Below, piece after piece: positions 49,021-58,509 of a stretch of DNA of 64,000 nucleotides. Below the pieces are notes generated by a model that ran no database searches, was not told the DNA's origin, and saw nothing but the letters and a program-made list of their open reading frames with translations. Origin of the DNA: Spirochaetia bacterium (GTDB lineage: Bacteria; Spirochaetota; Spirochaetia; CADAEX01); NCBI GenBank assembly GCA_963662795.1, contig OY759746.1, positions 2,976,001-3,040,000 on the forward strand, written 5' to 3'. How positions within the stretch are numbered: position 1 is the stretch's first letter; the number at the start of each line of letters is the position of its first letter. Both the position numbers and the translations under genes were made by a program.

Positions 49021-49764
49021 TTAACCTAATAATTCTTTAATAAATAATTCAACCGGAAAAAAGCCTTTTTTATCTTTGACCCATTCCGCTGCCATTACGG
49101 CACCAAGTGCAAAACCGTTTCTGTTTCTTGCCCTGTGTGTAATTTCAATCGTATCAGCGGCAGAATCAAGCATCACCGTGTGAGTACCGGGAATTTCACC
49201 GCATCGGGTAGAAGTAACATGAAGCTCATTTTCTTTTATCTGCCGGTCCAGGGTTTCTGTTGTGATTGTATCTTTTCTGTCAAGACCTGCAATGATTTTT
49301 GATGCAGCAGTAAGCGCTGTTCCTGACGGAGAATCTTTTTTCCTTTTGTGATGATACTCATGTAAAAGCATATCATATTCCGGCAGGGAATTTATCAGTA
49401 AAGCTGCTTTTTCCGTCAGAATAAAGAACAAATGAGCCCCAATGGAAAAATTAGAGCCCCAGATAAAACCGATTCCTGCATTATTTACCTGTTTTTGAAT
49501 TTTTTCCCGTATCTGTTCCCACCCTGTTGTACCCATTACAACAGGTGTTTTTCCCTGCACATATACATTACAGTTGCTTTCAACAGCGGCAGGTGAAGAA
49601 AAATCAATTACTACATCTGCCTCTTCAAGAAGACCCAAGGTAACTTGCTTATGTCCGCCTGATGCAACAGGATCTACAAATCCGGTGAGGGAATGCCCGC
49701 GGGAGATTAGGATTTTTTCTATCTCTTTTCCCATGCTCCCATATCCAATCAGTAATACTTTCAT
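49021..49764 (-). CDS. dapB: 4-hydroxy-tetrahydrodipicolinate reductase
   Basis: GYGSMG, IDFS, GTTGW, EYHHKRKKDSPSGTA, FALGAVMAA. Confidence 0.96.
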   Translation of the reverse strand: MKVLLIGYGSMGKEIEKILISRGHSLTGFVDPVASGGHKQVTLGLLEEADVVIDFSSPAAVESNCNVYVQGKTPVVMGTTGWEQIREKIQKQVNNAGIGFIWGSNFSIGAHLFFILTEKAALLINSLPEYDMLLHEYHHKRKKDSPSGTALTAASKIIAGLDRKDTITTETLDRQIKENELHVTSTRCGEIPGTHTVMLDSAADTIEITHRARNRNGFALGAVMAAEWVKDKKGFFPVELFIKELLG

Positions 49765-49804
49765 GAAGGAATATTTTAAAATAAAACCGAAGTTGTCAAC
49801 CCCT

Positions 49805-49838
49805 AAAAAAAAATCCGCTCCTGTCGGGGGAACGGATT
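49805..49838 (-). terminator. rho-independent terminator after pta
   Basis: AATCCG...CGGATT GC-rich stem followed by a T tract on the minus strand. Confidence 0.65.
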
Positions 49839-49868
49839 GTAAGATTGCTGATATTGATATCAGAAAGA

Positions 49869-50864
49869 CTATTTTTTGTTTATTGTTGCAAGTGAACTGT
49901 AAACTATATCGTTAGCGTTGCATCCTCTTGAAAGGTCTGATACCGGTTTTGCAAATCCCTGCAGTACAGGACCGTAGGCTTCAAACCCGCCGAACCGCTG
50001 TGTAAGCTTGTATCCGATGTTTCCTGCGTTAAGGTTCGGGAAAATAAGTGTATTTGCGTATCCTGCGACTTTTGACCCTGGCGCTTTTCTCTGACCTACT
50101 TCCGGAATTATTGACGCGTCAAGCTGCAGTTCTCCGTCAACATCAAGATCAGGGGCGGCGGCTTTTACAATCTCAAGCGCTTTTGTTACCCTGTCTACTG
50201 TTTCATGTGTTGCAGAGCCTTTGGTTGAAAAAGACATCATTGCTATTTTCGGCTCTGTCAGAAGATAGCTTCTGCATGAATCTGCAGCTGCAAGAACTAT
50301 GTCGGCAAGCTGTTCAGATGTGGGATCGATGATTACAGCGCAGTCAGCCATTATAAGGCTTCCGTTGTGGCCCCATTTTGAACCTGGTTTATCCATAATA
50401 AAACATGAGGAAGCTGTTTTTATTCCGGGTGCGGTTTTTATAATCTTGAGTGCGGCTGAAATAACAGCTCCTGTTGAATTCTCGGCTCCGGCAACCATTG
50501 CGTATGCAACATCTTTCCGTACCATCATTGCGCCCCAGCTTAACACCCCTTTCATTTCCTCAGCAGCCTGTGCTTCTGTCATCCCCTTGTGTTTTCTCAG
50601 TTCATAGTATTCATTGACATATTCATCACGGTTGGGTGATTTTTCAGGATTTACAATTACTATTCTGTCGTTGAGTTTAACGCCTATGGAATCAGCGTTT
50701 TTCCTGATTTCATTATCATCTCCTACAAGAAAAACTTCAGAAATCAGATTTTCGTCGATTAATGTTTTTGCCGCGGTTATTACCCTTGAATCCCTTCCTT
50801 CCGGCAGAACCAGTTTAAGCATTTTTGCCCGTGCTTCTTCTTTCATTCTTTCTATGAACCCCAT
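49869..50864 (-). CDS. pta: phosphate acetyltransferase (short form)
   Basis: LVLPEG, ADCAV, SFSTKGS, DGELQLDA, FPNLNAGNIGYK, DLSRGC. Confidence 0.95.
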   Translation of the reverse strand: MGFIERMKEEARAKMLKLVLPEGRDSRVITAAKTLIDENLISEVFLVGDDNEIRKNADSIGVKLNDRIVIVNPEKSPNRDEYVNEYYELRKHKGMTEAQAAEEMKGVLSWGAMMVRKDVAYAMVAGAENSTGAVISAALKIIKTAPGIKTASSCFIMDKPGSKWGHNGSLIMADCAVIIDPTSEQLADIVLAAADSCRSYLLTEPKIAMMSFSTKGSATHETVDRVTKALEIVKAAAPDLDVDGELQLDASIIPEVGQRKAPGSKVAGYANTLIFPNLNAGNIGYKLTQRFGGFEAYGPVLQGFAKPVSDLSRGCNANDIVYSSLATINKK

Positions 50865-51054
50865 ATTTACTCCTTGAATTGCTCTTTTTCTGTAATTAGT
50901 CAGAGATGATTAATTGTTTTTACTTTAGTAATAATGACCTGTTTTCTATGAAATTTCAATGTCCTATTTCTGCAATATAATACAAAAAAGTATAAAAATC
51001 AGTTATTAATCGAATAACTGCTCATCTAAAGACCTGCTCTTTTTGCTATTCATC

Positions 51055-51083
51055 TTGACACCTCTTTGAAGGTTAAGTACGAT
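51055..51083 (+). promoter_or_regulatory. promoter of bactofilin-TPR-mtaB
   Basis: TTGACA-N17-TACGAT; GGAGGGAG RBS downstream. Confidence 0.65.
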
Positions 51084-51112
51084 ATTTTCATAGAAATCCG
51101 GAGGGAGATAAA

Positions 51113-51466
51113 ATGGCTGAAGTCAGTATTAAAAATGTTGAAGAATCGGAAATAGATACTATCCTGTCAGAAGATATTGATTTTAAAGGCGAACTTTCTT
51201 TTGAAAAACCTCTTATGATTAAAGGCAAGTTCAATGGTGTTATAAATGCCTCAAGCAATCTGTATGTTGGAAAAGACGCTGTAATTACAGCCCAGGTTGA
51301 TGCCAGCCTGGTTTCAGTAAAAGGGCGGGTTGAGGGTAATATTAATTCAAAAGAAACGATTGAATTATTTTCCACTGCCATTATTACCGGAGATATTACA
51401 AGTCCTGCCGTTGTTATGGAAAAAGGGTGTATTTTCAACGGTATCTGTACAATGACAGCTAAATAA
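51113..51466 (+). CDS. bactofilin (polymer-forming cytoskeletal protein)
   Basis: beta-helix repeats FKGEL, IKGKFNG, VKGRVEGNI, ITGDI, GCIFNGIC. Confidence 0.92.
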   Translation: MAEVSIKNVEESEIDTILSEDIDFKGELSFEKPLMIKGKFNGVINASSNLYVGKDAVITAQVDASLVSVKGRVEGNINSKETIELFSTAIITGDITSPAVVMEKGCIFNGICTMTAK

Positions 51467-51480
51467 ACTGGAGTTTTAAC

Positions 51481-52110
51481 ATGAAAAAACAACTACTCTA
51501 TATAATTATAATTTTTTTTATTGCGTCGGTATTTCCTCTTTTTTCACAGGAACGTCCCGATGCACTGCAGAAATACAAAAACGGTGAATATGAAGAAGCT
51601 GTTAAAATATGCCTTAATGAAATTGAACAGATGCCGCGTAACATGGATTCATATACCGTACTTGGCTGGTCTCTTATAAAACTTAAAAAATACCAGGAGG
51701 CGCTTGATTACAGCCTTGCGGCGCTTAAAATATCGCGCTATGACAGCAGGATAATAGAAAACTGCGGAGAAGCAAGTTATTATCTCGGCAACAATCTCGA
51801 AGCGCTTAAATACTTTGAGGAATATGTCTCGCTGGTACAGAGCGGCGGGCGGATTGATGTTGTTTATTATTACATGGGGGAAATCTTTATACAGATCGGC
51901 GAATTCCATCATGCCGATATAGCGCTCACTACAGCCCTGTATCATTCCCCGAATATTGCACGATGGTGGGCCCGGCTCGGCTATACGCGGGAGATGGCGG
52001 AAGATTACAAATGGTCCCTTGATGCGTATGACAAGGCTTTAAAGCTTAATCCTTCAAACCCTGAGGCAGTACGCGGTAAGAACAGGGTACAGATGAAGCT
52101 CGCAGGCTGA
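51481..52110 (+). CDS. TPR repeat protein with signal peptide
   Basis: multiple TPRs (YTVLGWSLIKLKKYQEAL; WARLGYTRE...AYDKALKLNP). Confidence 0.85.
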   Translation: MKKQLLYIIIIFFIASVFPLFSQERPDALQKYKNGEYEEAVKICLNEIEQMPRNMDSYTVLGWSLIKLKKYQEALDYSLAALKISRYDSRIIENCGEASYYLGNNLEALKYFEEYVSLVQSGGRIDVVYYYMGEIFIQIGEFHHADIALTTALYHSPNIARWWARLGYTREMAEDYKWSLDAYDKALKLNPSNPEAVRGKNRVQMKLAG

Positions 52111-52136
52111 CAAGGGAGTACATTGCCTGTTTTTAA

Positions 52137-53555
52137 ATGAAAAAATCAAAATCACGCGTTGCTTTTTACACACTCGGGTGCAAGCTGAATCAGTTTGAGA
52201 GTGAAGTCCTTGCAGATTCTTTTTTGTCTGCCGGAGCAGATATCGTACCTGTATCAGAAAGCGCCGACATCTATATTATAAATACATGCACGGTAACCTC
52301 AAAAAGCGAGCAGAAGGCACGGAGGATAATAAGAAAAATCTCACGGGACTATCCCGGGGCAGTCGTAGTTGTAACAGGCTGTTATGCGCAGCTTGACCCG
52401 GATAAGATAGAAGATCTTGCTGATAATCTGCTTGTAATACCCCAGGACAAGAAACATCTGCTGCTTAAAAGCACGGAATTGCTTCTTGATTCCTGTATCG
52501 AACCTCAGGATGCGGTACCGCTGCTTAAAGAATTTATCAGGGAAAACACCGGGGTAAAGTCAGCCTCACGATTACAGCTGAAATCACAGCCTCAAACACA
52601 AACAGTGAAACCGGAGGAGAGCAGTTTTTATACTGTCACAAAAGGATTTCAGTTCCATTCCCGCGCATTTCTTAAAATTCAGGACGGCTGCGATAATTTC
52701 TGCAAATACTGCAGGGTTCCTCTTGCCAGAGGCAGATCCAGGAGCCTTGATCCTGACCATGTTATCTCAAATATTATTGATATTGAAAAATCCGGCTACA
52801 ATGAACTTGTTCTTACCGGAGTCAACATCTCTTCCTATAAATCCGGCGGTCTTGACCTGGTTTCCCTGATAGAGAAAATTCTTGCTGGCACGGAAAAGAT
52901 GCGGATACGGTTGTCGTCTCTTGAGCCTGACAGCATAGACGAACGGTACCTTGATATCATAAAAATGGAAAGGATATGCGGCCATTTCCATCTGCCTGTA
53001 CAGTCAGGCTCGGATACCATTCTCTCCGCAATGGGCAGAAAATATAAAAGAGACAAGGTAACAGAAGCTGTATCACTCCTGAGGCAGAAGGGGAATAATC
53101 CTATGATATCAGCTGATGTCATAACAGGATTTCCCGGAGAAACTGATAAGGATTTCGGGGATACATGCGATCTCGTGATTAAAAATGAATTCGCCTATCT
53201 TCATGTATTCCCCTTTTCCCCCCGTCCCGGAACAGCTGCTTTCAGGATGAAAAACCATGTTCCTGAAAGGATTTCAACGGAAAGGGCCGAACACCTTAGA
53301 AATTTATCCGGAAAGCTTTTTGCATCCTATGCATCAAAATGTATAGGGATGAGCGCCTCCGCAATTATCGAGGGAAGGGAAGGGGCTTTAAAAGATGTCT
53401 GGAACGGGATCTCTGATAATTATCTCAAGCTTAAAATAAAAGGTTTTCAGGAAGATAAAGACCCCCTGAAGGGAAGCATAGTCAACTGTGTGATAGAAAA
53501 GCACAGGGAGAATGAAGGAAACAGTTTTGACGCCGGTTTTACTTCTTTCGGCTGA
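52137..53555 (+). CDS. mtaB: tRNA t6A37 methylthiotransferase
   Basis: TLGCKLNQFES, INTCTVT, TGCYAQ, RAFLKIQDGCDNFCKYC, VLTGV, RLSSLEP, HVFPFSPRPGT. Confidence 0.93.
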   Translation: MKKSKSRVAFYTLGCKLNQFESEVLADSFLSAGADIVPVSESADIYIINTCTVTSKSEQKARRIIRKISRDYPGAVVVVTGCYAQLDPDKIEDLADNLLVIPQDKKHLLLKSTELLLDSCIEPQDAVPLLKEFIRENTGVKSASRLQLKSQPQTQTVKPEESSFYTVTKGFQFHSRAFLKIQDGCDNFCKYCRVPLARGRSRSLDPDHVISNIIDIEKSGYNELVLTGVNISSYKSGGLDLVSLIEKILAGTEKMRIRLSSLEPDSIDERYLDIIKMERICGHFHLPVQSGSDTILSAMGRKYKRDKVTEAVSLLRQKGNNPMISADVITGFPGETDKDFGDTCDLVIKNEFAYLHVFPFSPRPGTAAFRMKNHVPERISTERAEHLRNLSGKLFASYASKCIGMSASAIIEGREGALKDVWNGISDNYLKLKIKGFQEDKDPLKGSIVNCVIEKHRENEGNSFDAGFTSFG

Positions 53556-53640
53556 AAAACTCCTTTTTAGTCCGCCTGAATGGTCTCATTCCTTCAGATC
53601 ATAAACAGCAATTTTAAGGTTAAAAAAACTCACCAAATGA

Positions 53641-53669
53641 TTGACAATTTTTTTGAATACTGCTAAATT
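53641..53669 (+). promoter_or_regulatory. tRNA operon promoter
   Basis: TTGACA-N17-TAAATT with extended TGn. Confidence 0.7.
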
Positions 53670-53688
53670 GCCAAAGTCCTAATAGACT

Positions 53689-53761
53689 GGGCCGCTAGCT
53701 CAGCTGGTAGAGCAACGCCCTTTTAAGGCGTGGGTCAATGGTTCGAATCCATTGCGGCTCA
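53689..53761 (+). tRNA. tRNA-Lys(TTT)
   Basis: cloverleaf with acceptor GGGCCGC/GCGGCTC, anticodon arm ACGCC-CTTTTAA-GGCGT, TTCGAAT T-loop; CCA not encoded. Confidence 0.97.
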
Positions 53762-53815
53762 TACAGTACTTGATGGCTTGAATACTTTACTTGAATAATG
53801 CAGGTACTGCTTTAT

Positions 53816-53887
53816 GTCTCCTTCGTCTAGTGGTTAGGACAGTGGGTTTTCATCCCGCCAACAGGGGTTCGACTCCCCTAGGAGATA
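53816..53887 (+). tRNA. tRNA-Glu(TTC)
   Basis: cloverleaf with acceptor GTCTCCT/AGGAGAT, anticodon arm GTGGG-TTTTCAT-CCCGC, TTCGACT T-loop; CCA not encoded. Confidence 0.97.
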
Positions 53888-53893
53888 GTGATT

Positions 53894-53930
53894 TGGGGAT
53901 TTATCAAAACTGGTAAATCCCCATTTTTTT
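53894..53930 (+). terminator. rho-independent terminator of the tRNA operon
   Basis: TGGGGATTTATCA-AAAC-TGGTAAATCCCCA followed by T7. Confidence 0.88.
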
Positions 53931-54057
53931 GCCTTCTAATTAGTATTTCAGCCAGAAGATTATTTCATCCCAACATTTTATTAAAATACAATTCGAATAG
54001 ATCCGTAAACTGTTTTCAGTCAATTGATAATCAGCCATTCCAGATTCTATAAGTATA

Positions 54058-54147
54058 TATATTTAAATGATAATTATTTAAAAATAAGTTGACAAATAAT
54101 TATTGCCAGGGTTAGAATGAATGATAATCATTTATATTTAAATGATA
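54058..54147 (+). promoter_or_regulatory. promoter bracketed by a 15-bp direct repeat
   Basis: TATATTTAAATGATA at 54058-54072 and 54133-54147; TTGACA(54089)-N18-TAGAAT between them. Confidence 0.6.
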
Positions 54148-54191
54148 CATGATTGTTTGACATCATGCATTTATCCTCAGAGGTTTGTTTT

Positions 54192-55304
54192 ATGGAAAAA
54201 AAAATGTTGTTTGCTCCTGGACCTGTTATTACTACTGAAAGAGTTAAAACAGCTGCTTTAATACCGGATATTTGCCACCGCAGCAAATATTTTGAAGAAA
54301 TATTATCTGAACTCCGGCCGAAAATACTGAAAATTTACAACTGTGACGATTCATATACTTCCGTAGTTATAAGCGGATCAGGAACCGCATCCAATGAATC
54401 GGTATATTCATCTCTTTGCGGCAGCAGTGATAAAGTATTGCTCATTACAAATGGTGAATTCGGAAACAGATTAAAAGATATTATCGAATGCTACAATATT
54501 AATTACAAAGAGCTGAAATATGAATGGGGAGAATATCCTGATTGTGAAGATATCGAAAAAATCCTGAAAACAGATAAAGAAATAACAATTGTCGGGATGG
54601 TTTGTCATGAGACCAGCACCGGAATAATCAATCCGGTGAAAGATGTTGGAAATTTATGCAAAAAATACAGTAAATTGTTTTTTCTTGATTCAATCAGCGC
54701 CGTCGGCGGAGAATACCTTGATTTCAGTGAGTATAATGTTGATGTGTGTACTGGAGTGCCGAATAAATGTGTCTCAGGGCATCCCGGTACTTCTTTTCTT
54801 GTCTTAAGAAAAAATCTGATACAAAAAGCCTATGATACAAAGCCCCGGAATATCTATTTAAATCTGGGGAGACATATAAAAATCGCTGAAGAAAAAAACC
54901 AGACCCCAAATACTCCTTCGGTAATAATGATTAATGTTTTACTCGAATCAATTAAAGAGCTGCTTGAAGAAGGAGTCGAAAACAGGATCAGAAGATATAA
55001 AAAACTGGCCCGGATAATACGAGATGGATTATCCGAAATGGGACTGGAAATATTTTTAACTGATCCTGCTCAGATGGCAAATACTGTTACAACAGTATAT
55101 CTACCCAAAAAAATACCAATGAATGTGTTTTTAACTGAAATGGAAAATGAAGGGTATGTATTTTACGATGGAAAAGGCGATCTGAAATCAAAAAATCTTT
55201 TTCAGATAGCAAATATGGGAAATCTTGACGAGAAAGACTGCCGCGAAATGTTAAAGGTACTGAAGAAGGTTTTGATAAAAAAATTCAATTATGAAGTTAC
55301 TTGA
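54192..55304 (+). CDS. PhnW-like class V PLP aminotransferase
   Basis: LFAPGP, DICHR, SGSGTA, NGEFG, HETSTG, DSISA, PNKC (PLP Lys), QTPNTP. Confidence 0.9.
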   Translation: MEKKMLFAPGPVITTERVKTAALIPDICHRSKYFEEILSELRPKILKIYNCDDSYTSVVISGSGTASNESVYSSLCGSSDKVLLITNGEFGNRLKDIIECYNINYKELKYEWGEYPDCEDIEKILKTDKEITIVGMVCHETSTGIINPVKDVGNLCKKYSKLFFLDSISAVGGEYLDFSEYNVDVCTGVPNKCVSGHPGTSFLVLRKNLIQKAYDTKPRNIYLNLGRHIKIAEEKNQTPNTPSVIMINVLLESIKELLEEGVENRIRRYKKLARIIRDGLSEMGLEIFLTDPAQMANTVTTVYLPKKIPMNVFLTEMENEGYVFYDGKGDLKSKNLFQIANMGNLDEKDCREMLKVLKKVLIKKFNYEVT

Positions 55305-55403
55305 TTTTTTGGCTATTAAAATTCTCATGTTTGAGAATTGAAATAAAATAGTTTGGGGGATTTTTATGAAAAAGATTTTTTATTTTTTTACTGGAGGTTT
55401 AAA

Positions 55404-56495
55404 ATGAAAAAAAAGTATCTAAGTCGTCTATTTTTAATTATCGGCATGGCAGCAATTGTAGCTTTTGCGGCTGTAACATTTACCGGCTGCGCCCAGAAAG
55501 CAGGAGGAAGTGAAACAGCACAGACAAAAAAAGATACAATCAAATGGCGCTTGCAGACATATGCCGGTCCATCAATGAATGATGATATTATTGGCAACAA
55601 AATCAAGGAATTTAACAAAATTGCTGACGGAGAGATGGTAATTGAGATGTTCGGAGCTGATCAGCTCGTCCCTCATGGAGAGTTATTTAACGCTGTTCAA
55701 AAAGGTACTATAGATATGGCAGTCAGCGATGATGAATCTATGGGCTCACCGGCGGATGTAGCAGTATTTTCCGCATATTTTCCAGCAGCCGGAAGAATTG
55801 GACTTGATATTGATGTTTTATGGAATCGTTACGGTTTGAATGAAATCTGGAAAGAAGCTTATGATGAGATTGATGGTGTTACCTGGCTTGCTCAGGGTAG
55901 TTGGGACCCTTGTCTTGTAGCTAGCAATAAACCAATTAGAAAAGTAGAAGATCTTAAAGGCTTAAGACTTTTTACTTCTCTTTTTAATGGAAAATTTCTT
56001 GAAGCAGAATATGGTGTTGTTCCTGTTGTAATGCCTGTGGAAGATGTTCAAATGGCACTCCAGACCGGAATGCTTGATGGTGTTACCTGGTCGGGTGCAA
56101 CTGAGCTTTACACAACAGGGATTGCTGATGTTTGTAAATATTTGCTGACCAATCCAATTTCCGGCGCATGGTCCGGGGGTTTCTTTGTAAATACAAAGTC
56201 ATGGGAAGCTGTTCCTGAACGCCTTCAGAGGCTGCTTCTTTTGACAATTGAAAGTTCGAACTATTACAGACTGAACTGGTATTGGTGGGGAGAAGCACGG
56301 TACAGAGCAGAAGGCAGCAAAATGGAGCTTACATCAATTCCTGACAGCCAGTGGACAGGCGTTGAAGTCCAGGCTAATAAATACTGGGATGAATTTTCCA
56401 AGAAAAGCCCAAGGTCAGCAAGAGTTATTGAAGCATTTAAAAAGTACTCAGCTATCAGAGAGAAAGCCGGTGCGCCTTACACCAGCGGTAAGTAA
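55404..56495 (+). CDS. TRAP substrate-binding lipoprotein, non-carboxylate (ethanolamine-binding-like) type
   Basis: lipobox FTGC; WRLQTYAG, ADQLVP, SWDPC, LKGLRLF (Phe at the usual Arg position), ISGAW, WYWWGEAR. Confidence 0.9.
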   Translation: MKKKYLSRLFLIIGMAAIVAFAAVTFTGCAQKAGGSETAQTKKDTIKWRLQTYAGPSMNDDIIGNKIKEFNKIADGEMVIEMFGADQLVPHGELFNAVQKGTIDMAVSDDESMGSPADVAVFSAYFPAAGRIGLDIDVLWNRYGLNEIWKEAYDEIDGVTWLAQGSWDPCLVASNKPIRKVEDLKGLRLFTSLFNGKFLEAEYGVVPVVMPVEDVQMALQTGMLDGVTWSGATELYTTGIADVCKYLLTNPISGAWSGGFFVNTKSWEAVPERLQRLLLLTIESSNYYRLNWYWWGEARYRAEGSKMELTSIPDSQWTGVEVQANKYWDEFSKKSPRSARVIEAFKKYSAIREKAGAPYTSGK

Positions 56496-56518
56496 ATAAT
56501 AAGTTGAAAATATTTAAT

Positions 56519-56548
56519 ATCTAATCCTGGAGAGATTCAGGATTAGAT
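56519..56548. other. intra-operon stem-loop after the SBP gene
   Basis: ATCTAATCCTG-N8-CAGGATTAGAT. Confidence 0.6.
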
Positions 56549-56631
56549 TATAACACTGCCTTATTTTATTGCTGTTTATAAGGAATACGGCAGGGATTTT
56601 CAGTAAAACGACAAATGGAGGAGTGGAATTT

Positions 56632-57177
56632 TTGATTAACCCAATAAAAATTTACGTAAAGTCCATGGATTCAATAAGCATCCTGATAGGCAATATTGTA
56701 AAATTCCTTGTTTTGTTAATGATAGCTGTATTGGCTTATGAAGCTGTCTCAAGGAATATTTTTGGTAATTCCAATAAATGGTCTTTGGAGATAACTCAAT
56801 TTATTAACGGAACCTATTATTTGCTGGGCGGAGCTTATGTCTATCTTATAGGCGGGCATGTAAGAATGGATTTTTTTTATGAAAGATGGTCCCGAAGAAA
56901 AAAAGCCATTATCGATATTTGTACTTTTATATTAAGTTTGGCATATCTGACAGGTCTGTTAATTGGAGGGATTTCCAGTTCTTATTATGCGGTAAAATAC
57001 AATCAGACAAATTATTCGGCATGGGGCCCTCCTATAGCCCCAATGAAGATTATTGCTACAATAGGTATAATTTTAATGTTATTACAGAATATATCAGAAC
57101 TTATTAAGGATATCGTAATAGCTTTTGGCAAAGATAGTTCCTGGATAAAGAATTGGAGTATAGATAATGAGTTTTGA
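56632..57177 (+). CDS. TRAP small permease (DctQ)
   Basis: YEAVSR, WSLEIT, GHVRMD; 4 TM; TTG start after GGAGGAG. Confidence 0.92.
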   Translation: MINPIKIYVKSMDSISILIGNIVKFLVLLMIAVLAYEAVSRNIFGNSNKWSLEITQFINGTYYLLGGAYVYLIGGHVRMDFFYERWSRRKKAIIDICTFILSLAYLTGLLIGGISSSYYAVKYNQTNYSAWGPPIAPMKIIATIGIILMLLQNISELIKDIVIAFGKDSSWIKNWSIDNEF

Positions 57178-58486
57178 ATTTATTGCTTTATTAATGTTTC
57201 TTACGATGTTTGTTACACTTTTGTCGGGACGTCATATTTATGCCGTTATAGGCGGAGTCGCGGCTATTTTCTCAATAATACTTTGGGGAACCGGTGGAAT
57301 AGATATGGGGTACCATTCTGCTTTTAAGCTTATAAACTGGTATCCTTTGGTAACGCTGCCGATTTTTGTATTTATAGGGTATTTGTTTTCCGCATCAAAA
57401 ATATCTGAGGATTTGTACCGCCTGATTCATGTTTTAACAGGTCCTCTTAGGGGAGGATTGGCCATTGGTACCATTGTCCTGATGGCAATTATATCGGCAA
57501 TAAATGGTTTAAGTGTAGCAGGTATGAGTGTCGGAAGCAGTGTTGCCCTGCCGGAAATGCTGAAGAAGAATTATGATAAAAAAATGGTAACCGGAGTAAT
57601 TCAGGCGGGGAGCTCTCTTGGTATTCTGATTCCTCCCAGTGTAGTTCTTGTTCTCTATGGAATGATCGCAAGACAACCTGTGGGACATCTCTGGCTGGCA
57701 GGTGTTTTCCCCGGTCTTTTAATGTCTGCTTTATTTGTTCTTTATATTGTAGTCCGGTGCTGGTTTCAGCCGGAACTGGGACCGGTTTTGCCGAGGGAAG
57801 AATGGGATATACCTGTTATGGAAAAGGTAAAAGCTCTCAGGGGCGGATTACTTCCTTTATTTATAATATTGATGATGTCGGGACTTTTTTTACTGGGAGT
57901 AACCAGCCTTGTCGAAAGTTCAGCTATTGGGGCTATCGCAACAATAATTGCAGCAGGAATCAAGAAGCGGTTGAACTGGAAAATACTTAATAGCGTTTTA
58001 ACAAACACATTAAATGTCAGCGGCATGTTTATGTGGGTTGCCATGTCGGCAATGGCCTTTGCTGCAATTTTTGACGGACTTGGAGCTGTTCATGCGATAT
58101 CAACATTGTTTTTGAGTCATGGTTTTGGTCCAATTGGTACGATTATTGCTATGCAGGTTTCATTTTTATTATTAGGCACTTTCCTCGATGATACAGCCAT
58201 GTTGATTATAGTCGCTCCTTTATATATCCCTCTGGTGGTTACTTTAGGTTTTAATCCGATATGGTATGGTGTTCTTTATACGATAACCTGTCAGATAGCG
58301 TATCTTACACCGCCGTTTGGATATAATCTTTTTCTCATGAAGGCGATGGCTCCAAAGGAAATCAGTCTTAGTGATATCTATCGTTCTATTGTTCCTTTTA
58401 TATTTCTCATGATTTTAACGATAGTTATATTAATTATATTTCCGGAAATTGCTACCTGGTTACCTGATTTATATTTTTCGAAATAA
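57167..58486 (+). CDS. TRAP large permease (DctM)
   Basis: LVTLPIFVFIG, SSLGILIPPS, IAYLTPPFGYNLF. Confidence 0.95.
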   Translation: MSFEFIALLMFLTMFVTLLSGRHIYAVIGGVAAIFSIILWGTGGIDMGYHSAFKLINWYPLVTLPIFVFIGYLFSASKISEDLYRLIHVLTGPLRGGLAIGTIVLMAIISAINGLSVAGMSVGSSVALPEMLKKNYDKKMVTGVIQAGSSLGILIPPSVVLVLYGMIARQPVGHLWLAGVFPGLLMSALFVLYIVVRCWFQPELGPVLPREEWDIPVMEKVKALRGGLLPLFIILMMSGLFLLGVTSLVESSAIGAIATIIAAGIKKRLNWKILNSVLTNTLNVSGMFMWVAMSAMAFAAIFDGLGAVHAISTLFLSHGFGPIGTIIAMQVSFLLLGTFLDDTAMLIIVAPLYIPLVVTLGFNPIWYGVLYTITCQIAYLTPPFGYNLFLMKAMAPKEISLSDIYRSIVPFIFLMILTIVILIIFPEIATWLPDLYFSK

Positions 58487-58509
58487 GAGAAATAATATTG
58501 AGAATAAAG

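Noticed and set aside
49765-49868. Lysine riboswitch before dapB-dapA
   Set aside because: The intergenic space is too short and is occupied by the pta terminator and the promoter
54117-54135. Fur box (AATGATAATCATT core)
   Set aside because: Only 13/19 positions match in a very AT-rich region, and the downstream genes have no iron link; not called as Fur
54192-55304. Calling this phnW of a 2-aminoethylphosphonate pathway
   Set aside because: No phnX/phnA/phnY or phosphonate transporter nearby; the partners are a kinase and an Arg-less TRAP
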